Assembly: GCA_963793335.1 (NCBI GenBank)
Contig: CAWBZS010000012.1
Span: forward strand, 31,428-95,427
Direction of reading: 5' to 3'
From: Ilumatobacteraceae bacterium
GTDB taxonomy: Bacteria; Actinomycetota; Acidimicrobiia; Acidimicrobiales; Ilumatobacteraceae
DNA length: 64,000 nucleotides
Part shown: positions 28,146 to 36,387 of the stretch, in pieces
Numbering within the stretch: position 1 is the stretch's first letter
Layout of the letters: each line of letters begins with the position of its first letter
Translations under genes and position numbers: made by a program
The notes under the pieces: model-generated
Told to the model about the DNA's origin: nothing
The model's input: the letters and a program-made list of their open reading frames with translations, nothing else
Database searches by the model: none

Positions 28146-30029
28146 GTGGAGACAGTGCTCGATGGCAGTGCAGACCCGATGTCGGCGTCGAAGCGCGCTG
28201 CCGACTACGTCGGTGCCGCCCTGCAGGCGGTCGACGAGCTCCCGGTCGTTTTCGTTCAGCGCCGGTCGCGCTCCTGGCTCGGCTGGATCACGATGCCCGG
28301 AAGTCGTCACCTCACACAGCTGTTCGTTCGTCGACAGCTGACCGTCACGCTCGCTCGGTTGAGGTCGGAGACCGCGCTCGAGGAGACCGCCAAGGCGGGC
28401 AGCAGCGAGGAAGCCGGGCGACTCAATGCGCTGATCGATGCGGTCGGCCCGAAGTCGTCGGCCGTCGTCCCGGTCGTGATCGTGCTGGGCACGATCGGCC
28501 TCGTCGTCTCGCTGCTCTCGATTCTCGTCCCCGCATTTCAGCAGGAGGCCAGGCTCCTCGGCTCGTTCCCCAGGTTGATCACGCTCGACGGCGCCGCTGT
28601 CGCGGAGAGCGCGACGGCCTTCGACGAGATCCCCTCGGCCTTCTCCCCCATCGACCTCCTGGGCGTACTCACCGCGCTGCTACTGGGGGCCGCCGTCACC
28701 TGGGCGCTGTTCTCCGTGCTTGCCGGATCGTCCCATGCCGCATCAGCGATCCTCGACGATCCGTGGCGCTACGACCGTCGGGCGCCTTTTCGGCGCTCGG
28801 TGCAGCGTGGTCCCGTACCCACACAGCGCAAGGCGTTCGGAGTTCGCCCTCGCCGGATACACACACCGGTCGCCGCCGACTTGTTCCGCAATGCTGCGCT
28901 CTACTTCATCGTCATCTATTTCAGCCTGTTGCTCGGAGCACTCCTCAACTACGCGGAAACCGACGAGCAGTGGATCGAATACCAACGCGTCGGCTCGGCC
29001 TACATGGCATCGCTCTTCGTGGTGGCTCTCTTCCCTGCGGGAGTCCTCGCCGCCTACCTGATCATCCGCCATCGCCATGCCAGCGATGGCACCGCCCAAC
29101 CTCCACCACGGGCATGGCGCGCCGCGCTCGGCGCAGCGTTCGCCGTGTTCGCCGGAGTGATGCTCATCGGCGCCGTCACCTGGACGTTCGGGACGCGACT
29201 CACCGAGGGCGCAGATCTGAGCGTGTGGAGTGAGGACGTCTATCTGGACGCCGGCACGGTCGACCGTTTCGACGAGATCGACAACGTGGAGGCGCAGAGC
29301 CTGTCGCTGTACCCCGTTGCGATCGTCGTTCCGGACGGCTTCGTCGACGCGGATCTCCTGGTCACCGAACTCGCCACCGCCGACGACTTCATCCGGATCG
29401 AGATCGACGACGACGCCGAGAGCCGACTGAGCGTCGTCAAGGCCCCACTCGGCGCTGCAGCCGGTGAGACGCCGGAGGCGTGGATCTCTGCCGGATTGGC
29501 CGCCCGGCTCGACCCGACACAGGGCAACACGGTGTCCTTTCCGATCGGCGACGACGGCGACGACGACTCCTTCGTCGCTCGCACATCGACCGTCTTCACC
29601 ACACCCGACCCCGACGCCACCGTCATCGTGATCGACCGAGCAGCCTTCCCGTTCGGCAGCGACGAACTGCTCGTCGACGAGGTCTTCCTTCGCGCCGCAA
29701 ACGGCCCACTCCGAGATGACTCTGCGTCGATGGACGCCATCGACGCAGTGTTGAACGAGTATCCGTCTCCGGCGAAGAACGACCTTCGACAGGACGTCGT
29801 GTTGGACGACGCCGGGGGTGTCAGCTTCATTGTGCTCACACCACTGTTCGTGTTCGCGGCGCTCGCGGTCGCATTCGGACGTCCGTGGCGATGGGGGCGG
29901 GCCCCCGCCGAGCTCGCTGATCCTGCGCTTCCACCTGGCTCGCCTCTGCCCGAACCCGAGGTGGCCTCCACTGCGTCAGCGGGCGACGGCTGCGACACCT
30001 GCGAGCCAGCGACGACCACGCAGGAGTGA
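28146..30029 (+). CDS. hypothetical polytopic membrane protein (about 5 TM, an acidic domain of about 220 aa, a 6th TM, and a Pro-rich tail)
   Basis: The GTG at 28146 has GGAGGGGG 8-15 nt upstream. Hydrophobic segments include VVPVVIVLGTIGLVVSLLSILVPAF, LLGVLTALLLGAAVTWALFSVLAG, ALYFIVIYFSLLLGALL, MASLFVVALFPAGVLAAYLII, LGAAFAVFAGVMLIGAVTW and FIVLTPLFVFAALAVAF. I recognised no family motif. Confidence 0.6.
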   Translation: METVLDGSADPMSASKRAADYVGAALQAVDELPVVFVQRRSRSWLGWITMPGSRHLTQLFVRRQLTVTLARLRSETALEETAKAGSSEEAGRLNALIDAVGPKSSAVVPVVIVLGTIGLVVSLLSILVPAFQQEARLLGSFPRLITLDGAAVAESATAFDEIPSAFSPIDLLGVLTALLLGAAVTWALFSVLAGSSHAASAILDDPWRYDRRAPFRRSVQRGPVPTQRKAFGVRPRRIHTPVAADLFRNAALYFIVIYFSLLLGALLNYAETDEQWIEYQRVGSAYMASLFVVALFPAGVLAAYLIIRHRHASDGTAQPPPRAWRAALGAAFAVFAGVMLIGAVTWTFGTRLTEGADLSVWSEDVYLDAGTVDRFDEIDNVEAQSLSLYPVAIVVPDGFVDADLLVTELATADDFIRIEIDDDAESRLSVVKAPLGAAAGETPEAWISAGLAARLDPTQGNTVSFPIGDDGDDDSFVARTSTVFTTPDPDATVIVIDRAAFPFGSDELLVDEVFLRAANGPLRDDSASMDAIDAVLNEYPSPAKNDLRQDVVLDDAGGVSFIVLTPLFVFAALAVAFGRPWRWGRAPAELADPALPPGSPLPEPEVASTASAGDGCDTCEPATTTQE

Positions 30030-30061
30030 CACTCCCAGCGACCGGTCCCGATCAGGTCAGG

Positions 30062-30730
30062 TCAGGTCAGCAGTTCGGTGGTGCCGAGCCGGTGAAAGCA
30101 GCGCCGACCGTTGGTGCGCGCAACGTCGGCCACTTCGAGGTCGCCGTCGGGGATTTCCCGGTCGGGGCCGCTGAGCGCGGCCCGGCCGACCGCGATGGCA
30201 GCGGCCCGATCGAGGCCGTCGACCCAGGTCTCGGCCAGACGCCCGTTGATCGCCTCGGCATCGCCGCCGATCGCTGCGTGATTGCGTTCGTCGACCACGG
30301 TGCCGTCGTAGAGGATGTGGAACATCTGGTCACCCGACGGCTCGAGACCGACCTCGGCGACGAGGATCTCCACCTCCATCGGCTTCATCTCGTGGGTGAA
30401 GATCGTGCCGAGCATCTGGGCGTAGCTGTTGGCGAGGCTCCGTGCATCGACGTCGTCACGCGAGTACTGGAATCCCTTGAGGTCGGCAGCTCGGATCCCG
30501 GCAACACGAAGCTGATCGAACTCGTTGTACTTGCCCACGCCGGCGAACGCGATCCGGTCGTAGATCTCGCTCACCTTGCGCAGTGTTTCCGAAGCGTTCT
30601 CGGCGATGATCACGATGCCGTCGACATAGCGGACCGCTGCAAGCGCCCGGCCTCGGGCAATGCCCTTGCGGGCGAAGTCCGCCCGGTCCTTCATCATCTG
30701 TTCGGGGGCGACGTAGAACGGCTGGCTCAT
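30062..30730 (-). CDS. prcA: 20S proteasome alpha subunit
   Basis: MSQPFYVAPEQMMKDRADFARKGIARGR...RKVSEIYDRIAFAGVGKYNEFD is typical of actinobacterial PrcA. The ATG at 30728-30730 overlaps the prcB stop (ATGA). Confidence 0.9.
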   Translation of the reverse strand: MSQPFYVAPEQMMKDRADFARKGIARGRALAAVRYVDGIVIIAENASETLRKVSEIYDRIAFAGVGKYNEFDQLRVAGIRAADLKGFQYSRDDVDARSLANSYAQMLGTIFTHEMKPMEVEILVAEVGLEPSGDQMFHILYDGTVVDERNHAAIGGDAEAINGRLAETWVDGLDRAAAIAVGRAALSGPDREIPDGDLEVADVARTNGRRCFHRLGTTELLT

Positions 30731-31524
30731 CGTGAACGCACCTCCTCGACGATCCGGTCGTATCGCTCGGCGAGGTCGGCATCGTCGAGGCGTTGCCACC
30801 CGTCGGCGTCGATGGTGGCCACCACCGGATAGATCCCGCGCAGCACATCCGGACCGCCCGTGGCGGAGTCGGCATCGGCCGCCTCCCAGAGCGCCTTCGC
30901 CGCCAGGTCGAGGGCGTCGTCACGGCTCATGTCACCGCGGAAGCCGACCTTGATCACGGTGCCGGCATGCAGACTGCCCGAGCCGGTGGCCACGTAGTCG
31001 CGTTCTTCGTAGCGTCCACCGGTGGCGTCGTAGTCCCAGAGCCGGCCGCACTCCCGCCGAAGGTCGTAGCCGCCGAAGATCGGCACCACGACCATGCCCA
31101 TCATCGCCGCCTGCAGGTTGCCCCGAACCATCATCGACAGCTGGTTCGCCTTGCCCTCGAGGCTGATCGAGGTGCCCTCGACCTTTTCGTAGTGCTCGAG
31201 TTGCAGTTGGAACAACCGCACCATCTCCATCGCCGCCCCAGCCGCACCAGCGATGGCAACACCGCTGTGACGGTCTGCTTCGACCACCTTCTCCATCGTG
31301 CGATGCGAGATCAGATTCCCGGAAGTGGCTCGCCGGTCGCCGGCCATCACCACGCCGTCGGAGTATGTGAGCGCCACACAGGTGGTGGCATGCGGCAGCG
31401 ACAGGTCGCGCATCACGTCGGTCGATACGCCGACGAGCGGCTCGGTCGTCAACCCGACGCGACGCAGCAATTCGGGAAAACTCGCCCCGGGATCGTCCGA
31501 GGTCGAGAACAACGGCATGGTCAC
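30727..31524 (-). CDS. prcB: 20S proteasome beta subunit (with propeptide)
   Basis: A propeptide is followed by the LPHA|TTCVALTYSDGVVMAGDRRAT active-site Thr context. GTG start. Confidence 0.9.
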   Translation of the reverse strand: MTMPLFSTSDDPGASFPELLRRVGLTTEPLVGVSTDVMRDLSLPHATTCVALTYSDGVVMAGDRRATSGNLISHRTMEKVVEADRHSGVAIAGAAGAAMEMVRLFQLQLEHYEKVEGTSISLEGKANQLSMMVRGNLQAAMMGMVVVPIFGGYDLRRECGRLWDYDATGGRYEERDYVATGSGSLHAGTVIKVGFRGDMSRDDALDLAAKALWEAADADSATGGPDVLRGIYPVVATIDADGWQRLDDADLAERYDRIVEEVRSR

Positions 31525-31527
31525 GGG

Positions 31528-31725
31528 TTACTGACCACCCTTTTGCACATACGACTTGACGAAGTCCTCGGCGTTGGTTTCGAGCACGTCGTCGATCTCG
31601 TCGAGCAGGTCATCGAGTTCGGCTTTGAGCTTCTCGCCGGTTTCCGTGACGGCTGGAGCCGCCTCAGCGGTGGTCTCTGCGTCGCGGCCGGTCGTGCCTT
31701 TCGACTTCTGGGTGCGTTCTGCCAT
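31528..31725 (-). CDS. pup: prokaryotic ubiquitin-like protein Pup
   Basis: 65 aa and disordered, with an acidic helix LDDLLDEIDDVLETNAEDFVKSYVQKGGQ. It ends in GGQ, so deamidation would be needed. Confidence 0.95.
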   Translation of the reverse strand: MAERTQKSKGTTGRDAETTAEAAPAVTETGEKLKAELDDLLDEIDDVLETNAEDFVKSYVQKGGQ

Positions 31726-31762
31726 CAGCGGTTGCTTCCCTTCGAGGAGTGGTGCGGTTCGT

Positions 31763-33256
31763 TCACTGGCCGAGCCGGTCGAGGAGTTCTCTCGCCGTCT
31801 CGCTCTGTTCGATCAAGGTACCAACGTGATCGGCGGTCCCGCGTAGCGGTTCCATCATTGGAACTCGACGGAGTGGGTCGCGACCGATGTCGAACACCAT
31901 CGAGTCCCAGTTGGCCGCCACGACGTCGTCGGGGTACTTCTCGAGACATCGACCGCGGAAGAATGCGCGGGTGGTGCAGGGAGGTTCGAACACCGCTGCT
32001 GCAACTTCATCGGCGCTCACCATCGTGTCGAGCCCAGCACGGAGCGCGAGGCAGCGTTCCGGGCGGAGGTCGTGGTACTGGAGGTCGATCGCCTTCAGCC
32101 GGGCTGATCCCGCCTCGATGCCATGGCGTTCGGCGTAACCGTCGACCAAGCGTTGTTTGGCAATCCAGTCAACCCAGTTCGCCACCGATCCCGGATCGGA
32201 TTCGAGCCCGACCAACACGGTCTCCCATCTGGCCAACACGTCGGCGCCGATGCCCTCGCCAACGCACTCGAGCCCGTGCGACTGCTCGTACTTGCGTGCG
32301 CGCTCCAACAGCCCCCACTGCACTTCGAGCGCGGTGGCACGACTGCCATCGCGCAACATGAGCGTCTGCTGCAGCGTCGGGTCGTGACTGACCTGACGGA
32401 TCGCCGCGACCGGATTGCCGAGCAGCCACTCGTCGCCGAGTTCGTCGTCTTCGATCATCGCAAGCACGATCGCCGTGGTGCCGACCTTGAGATAGGTCGC
32501 CACCTCACTCATGTTCGCGTCGCCGACGATCACGTGGAGTCGCCGATACTTCTGCGCATCCGCGTGCGGTTCGTCGCGCGTGTTCACGATGGGCCGCTTC
32601 AGGGTGGTCTCCAGGCCCACCTCCTCTTCGAAGAAGTCGGCGCGCTGACTCAACTGGTACGCAATGTGGTCGACGGGTCGGCCCGGCAGTTCGCAGCCGA
32701 CCTTGCCGGCCCCGCAGAAGATCTGACGTGTCACGAAGTGGGCAGTGATCTGACTTGCGAGCCGACCGAACGGCGTCTCGCGGGCCAGTAGGTAGTTCTC
32801 GTGACAGCCGTAGCTGTTGCCCTTGCCGTCGGAATTGTTCTTGTGGACGATGATCTCGCCGCCGTCGGGCAACAACGAACGAACATGCTCCATCGACGCC
32901 CGAACGATCTCCTCGGCCGCGCGGTCCCACACCAACGCCTCGCGCGCCGTGGTCACCTCGGGGGTCGAGATCTCGGGGTGGGCATGATCGACGTAATAGC
33001 GAGCTCCGTTGGTGAGCACGGCATTGACCAGCATCGTCTCCACCTCGGGCGCCAAGGAGGGGTCGAGGTCGAAGCCACGGGCGTCGTTGCCGGGTTGCTC
33101 GTCCTCGAAGTCCCAACCGATGCGGCCTCGATCACGGTTGGTCGCCGAGACGTACGCATTGATCAACATCGACGACGCCGAGACCGGATTGTTGTCGCCC
33201 CCGCGGACGACGATGCCGTACTCGGTCTCGATCCCGCAGACCTTGGGCAGCGCCAT
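31763..33256 (-). CDS. dop: Pup deamidase/depupylase Dop
   Basis: The N-terminus MALPKVCGIETEYGIV marks the Dop/PafA family. The 497-aa length (Dop-sized, with a loop insertion) and the position immediately upstream of pup favour Dop over PafA. Confidence 0.8.
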   Translation of the reverse strand: MALPKVCGIETEYGIVVRGGDNNPVSASSMLINAYVSATNRDRGRIGWDFEDEQPGNDARGFDLDPSLAPEVETMLVNAVLTNGARYYVDHAHPEISTPEVTTAREALVWDRAAEEIVRASMEHVRSLLPDGGEIIVHKNNSDGKGNSYGCHENYLLARETPFGRLASQITAHFVTRQIFCGAGKVGCELPGRPVDHIAYQLSQRADFFEEEVGLETTLKRPIVNTRDEPHADAQKYRRLHVIVGDANMSEVATYLKVGTTAIVLAMIEDDELGDEWLLGNPVAAIRQVSHDPTLQQTLMLRDGSRATALEVQWGLLERARKYEQSHGLECVGEGIGADVLARWETVLVGLESDPGSVANWVDWIAKQRLVDGYAERHGIEAGSARLKAIDLQYHDLRPERCLALRAGLDTMVSADEVAAAVFEPPCTTRAFFRGRCLEKYPDDVVAANWDSMVFDIGRDPLRRVPMMEPLRGTADHVGTLIEQSETARELLDRLGQ

Positions 33257-33293
33257 GACCTGAACCTAGCGGAGCTGCTGCACTGTGTGATGT

Positions 33294-34430
33294 TCAGCTC
33301 GGTTCGTCGGGCGACCCGGTCCAGGACCGGTAGTCGGCGGGGATCGCCAGACCGAACCGCTGATGCAGCAGTCGCACGTCATGCCAATCGCCGTCGTCGA
33401 CCTCATACCCGGTGTGCGACCCCATCTGGAACGCTGCGGTCATGCACGCCACCTGACGGCCGGCGATCGAGCCGACCCCACCGAACCCGTCGACCTCGTA
33501 GGCCAGCCCGTCGGGGCCGTACCGCTCGACGCCGTCGTCGCCGACCAGTGTGGTCGTGTCGTCGAACGCGTGGAGATCGACGAGGCGCCCACCCTCGCCC
33601 AGCAGCACCGAGTTGTGCGGACCATCGTGGCGCACGATGTCGAACCCCTGCGCGCGGAGTACCTCGTGGGCGCTCGCCCACTGGCGGGTGGGAAGGGCGA
33701 GATCGAGGTCCGCATGCGGGCGGGTCTGCTCGCCGAGCAGCGCATCGATGCCCCAACCGCCGTCGACCCAGGCCGTCACACCCGCTGCGCACAGGCCATC
33801 GACGAGCTCGACCGCATCGAGCGCGGCCAGTGGGCGTCGTCGGGATTCGATCAGGGAGCGCCAGGGGTGATCACCGCGCAGCCGGACGTCGAGCAGCGCC
33901 GTCCCCCAGTCGTCGAGCTCGGGGAGCACCTCGGTGGCATCGAGGTGATCCTTGAGCCGCAACCCGGTGCTCTTGAACAACAACTGGAGTGCCGGGTCGA
34001 GGTAGGCCAGTCCGTCCGAGGTCGTGCGCACTGCCTGCGCCCAGCTGAGCCGGAGCGATGGGTCCCGTCGGTACACCCACCGTGCATCGTCACCGTCGCC
34101 AACGGCCACGTCGAGACACCACGGTCCGTCAGGACGCCTCACCCACAGGTTGTTCTCGTGACGGTCAGCGGTGAGTGCACCGCCATCCCAGCGCCGGAGT
34201 TCGCCGGCGGCAGCAACATGGATCTCCCACTCGTCGAGCAGCGGGACAAGCGCACCAAGGTCCCGGCGGCAGACACCCACGTCGATGTCGTCGTGCTCGC
34301 GCCAGCTCCGCCCGAGGTGCATCTCCAACGCGTGCCCGCCGGTGAACCACCACCGCAGACCGGTGGACGCCATCACCTCGACCACCTCGTCGATCGTCAG
34401 CGGCTCCCACGGACCGAACTCGCAGGTCAC
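33294..34430 (-). CDS. fusion of two ANT(2'')/Lnu-like nucleotidyltransferase domains
   Basis: The N-half has LRWWFTGGHALEMHLGRSWREHDDIDVGV. The C-half has VTAWVDGGWGIDALLGEQTRPHADLDLAL. Both match the GG(W/H)a(l/i)d..lG...R.H.D(i/l)D signature of aminoglycoside-2''/lincosamide nucleotidyltransferases. GTG start. Confidence 0.65.
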   Translation of the reverse strand: MTCEFGPWEPLTIDEVVEVMASTGLRWWFTGGHALEMHLGRSWREHDDIDVGVCRRDLGALVPLLDEWEIHVAAAGELRRWDGGALTADRHENNLWVRRPDGPWCLDVAVGDGDDARWVYRRDPSLRLSWAQAVRTTSDGLAYLDPALQLLFKSTGLRLKDHLDATEVLPELDDWGTALLDVRLRGDHPWRSLIESRRRPLAALDAVELVDGLCAAGVTAWVDGGWGIDALLGEQTRPHADLDLALPTRQWASAHEVLRAQGFDIVRHDGPHNSVLLGEGGRLVDLHAFDDTTTLVGDDGVERYGPDGLAYEVDGFGGVGSIAGRQVACMTAAFQMGSHTGYEVDDGDWHDVRLLHQRFGLAIPADYRSWTGSPDEPS

Positions 34431-34438
34431 GGTGGCCC

Positions 34439-35683
34439 TCAGAGTACGTCGAAGCGCACGCCCGCGTGAGCTTCGAGACGCTCGATCAGCGCGTCCCCGA
34501 AGGCGCTGGCGGGCGTCCAGAAGCCACCGCCGACTCGGTCGGCGGGGAGGTCGAGGAACGCGACCGCTGACTCACCGAGCATCTTGGCGGTCGAGCCGTA
34601 CCCGGGGTCGGCGTCACCGGTGACCTTCGTGGTGATCTGCATGCCGGTTGCCGTCCGGCCGACGAAGCGGAGGTCGAACCAGCCCGCTTGCTGCTTGGCC
34701 TCGCTCGGCCCCGCCCCTGGCTTGGGGATCACCTTGCCGAGCAACGAGCGGGTGGGGCCGATGCTCGCTGCACCCGCGAACGCCGCGAGGCCGGCGGTCA
34801 TCGCCCACGCAGCCACTCCCCCGGTGATGCCCGCGCCGGTCATCATCGTCTCGCCGTACGTGAAGTCTCGACCCCATGGTTGACCGAGCAGTGCGTGACT
34901 GCGGAGTACCACGGCCGAGTTCGTCGGCGCCATCACGAACGGCGCCACCCAACTGTCGAAGCGATCGTCGCGCGTCGGACGACTCATGCCGGGTTGCTCC
35001 GGTCCCTCGCGCATGTCGACCGGGGCCAGGACATAGGGGTTGGCCACCACCTTGCGCAACTCGGGGTCAGCCGCCATCTCCTCGAACATCTGCATGCCGC
35101 TCGCAGCAGTACCGCCGCTGACGCCGCCCTTGGCGCCCTTCACCGACATGGCGACCTCGACGCATGGCTCGCCGAACTGCTCGATGGCCCGCTGCTGGGT
35201 GAACCAGGTGCCGAGATCGGAGGGGATCGAGTCGAAACCGCACGTGTGCACGATGCGAGCTCCCGTCTCCTCGGCGCGCGCCTGGTGCGCGTCGATCATC
35301 TTGCGCATCCACTGCACCTCACCGGTGAGATCGCAGTAGTCGCCGCCGGCCTCCACCACCGCGGCGACCAACTCCGAGCCGTACAGCGCATAGGGCCCGA
35401 CGGTCGACACGACCACCTGCGTGGACGCGGCCATGGCATCGAGGCCGGCACGGTCGGCGGCATCGACCACGATCATGGGGACGTCGGCACCGGTGCGCTC
35501 GGCGACCTCGGCGAGTTTGGTGGCGCTCCGGCCGGCGATCGCCCACCGCAGCTCGCCGTCGGTCCCGTGGCGGCCCACGAGGTACCTGCACAGGATCTGG
35601 CCCACGAAGCTCGTGGCGCCGTAGACGACGATGTCGTACTGCTTGCTGGCGGGGGATGCGGAGTCGGTCACCCCGCCATTCAA
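34439..35683 (-). CDS. saccharopine dehydrogenase-like NAD(P)-binding oxidoreductase (trans-acting enoyl reductase-like)
   Basis: YDIVVYGATSFVGQILCRYL Rossmann start. Length and layout are typical of the actinobacterial saccharopine dehydrogenase family. The start is either TTG at 35683 or GTG at 35671. Confidence 0.7.
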   Translation of the reverse strand: MNGGVTDSASPASKQYDIVVYGATSFVGQILCRYLVGRHGTDGELRWAIAGRSATKLAEVAERTGADVPMIVVDAADRAGLDAMAASTQVVVSTVGPYALYGSELVAAVVEAGGDYCDLTGEVQWMRKMIDAHQARAEETGARIVHTCGFDSIPSDLGTWFTQQRAIEQFGEPCVEVAMSVKGAKGGVSGGTAASGMQMFEEMAADPELRKVVANPYVLAPVDMREGPEQPGMSRPTRDDRFDSWVAPFVMAPTNSAVVLRSHALLGQPWGRDFTYGETMMTGAGITGGVAAWAMTAGLAAFAGAASIGPTRSLLGKVIPKPGAGPSEAKQQAGWFDLRFVGRTATGMQITTKVTGDADPGYGSTAKMLGESAVAFLDLPADRVGGGFWTPASAFGDALIERLEAHAGVRFDVL

Positions 35684-35690
35684 GCGTCGA

Positions 35691-36299
35691 TCAGCTCCGC
35701 CGTGCGGCGAATGTCACGAAACCGCCGCCGAGCACGACGGCAGCAAGCGCCAACCACGCCAGCGTGCTGGTGGTCGAACCGGTCGTCGGCAGGTCAGGGG
35801 CGGCAGTCGGCGCAGCGGTGGTCGGCGTCACCTCGCCGGTCGTCGGTGTGGGCGCCTCACTGCTCGAGGGTGACTCGGTCGTCGTCGGTGACTCGGTCGT
35901 CGTGGTCTCCTCCTCGACGACGATCAGGGTGGCGCTCGAGGCGATGTTGGCGCCGCAACGATCGACGTATCTCGCCCCGATCGAGTACTCGCCAGGTTCC
36001 GCGGGCGCCGAGAAGGTTCCCGCGTATCGGGGCGCGTCACCCGGCAGCACCCCGAGCGGGGTCACCGGTTCGGGCAGGATCACCGCATCCGCGCCGGACT
36101 CACCGACCAATGTGCACACCGGGAAACTGCCCTCGATCACCAGGGTGACCGTGAAGTCTGCGCCTGGTGCCACCTCGCCCGGATCGACGCTCACGAGCGC
36201 GTTGGCTTCGGGTGCTGGATCCTGCGCCGATGCGCTTGACGCTCCGAGCAGGAGCGCTCCCGCGGCGATCAACGTGCTGATGACTGCTCGCTTTCTCAT
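35691..36299 (-). CDS. secreted LPXTG-anchored surface protein
   Basis: Signal peptide MRKRAVISTLIAAGALLLGASSASAQD, then a beta-rich domain of about 120 aa, then a T/S/P/E linker (TTTTESPTTTESPSSSEAPTPTTGE). The sorting signal is LPTTG plus hydrophobic ALAAVVLGGGFVTFAA plus RRS. The ORF-track start at 36617 is an over-extension. Confidence 0.75.
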   Translation of the reverse strand: MRKRAVISTLIAAGALLLGASSASAQDPAPEANALVSVDPGEVAPGADFTVTLVIEGSFPVCTLVGESGADAVILPEPVTPLGVLPGDAPRYAGTFSAPAEPGEYSIGARYVDRCGANIASSATLIVVEEETTTTESPTTTESPSSSEAPTPTTGEVTPTTAAPTAAPDLPTTGSTTSTLAWLALAAVVLGGGFVTFAARRS

Positions 36300-36358
36300 A
36301 CCCCCGAGCGTATGAACGTGCAGACATCGGTCCCAGGGCCCAAGGTCCCACGCCACCC

Positions 36359-36380
36359 CGCCGTCACCGCAGCGACGGCG
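36359..36380 (-). terminator. possible stem-loop just downstream of arc
   Basis: CGCCGTC (36359-36365) pairs with GACGGCG (36374-36380) around an 8-nt loop, 8 nt beyond the arc TAG stop. There is no U-tract. Confidence 0.25.
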
Positions 36381-36387
36381 ATCGGAC

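Noticed and set aside
26001-30029. Interpreting the three-gene insert as a prophage remnant or mobile element.
   Set aside because: There is no integrase, transposase, terminal repeats, tRNA attachment site or phage structural genes in or around it. By eye the GC content is not obviously different from the flanks. It is kept as an unexplained insert, not called a mobile element.
31763-33256. Calling this Dop/PafA-family protein PafA.
   Set aside because: Its 497-aa length (PafA is about 450 aa and lacks the Dop loop) and its position immediately upstream of pup favour Dop. A phylogeny would be decisive.
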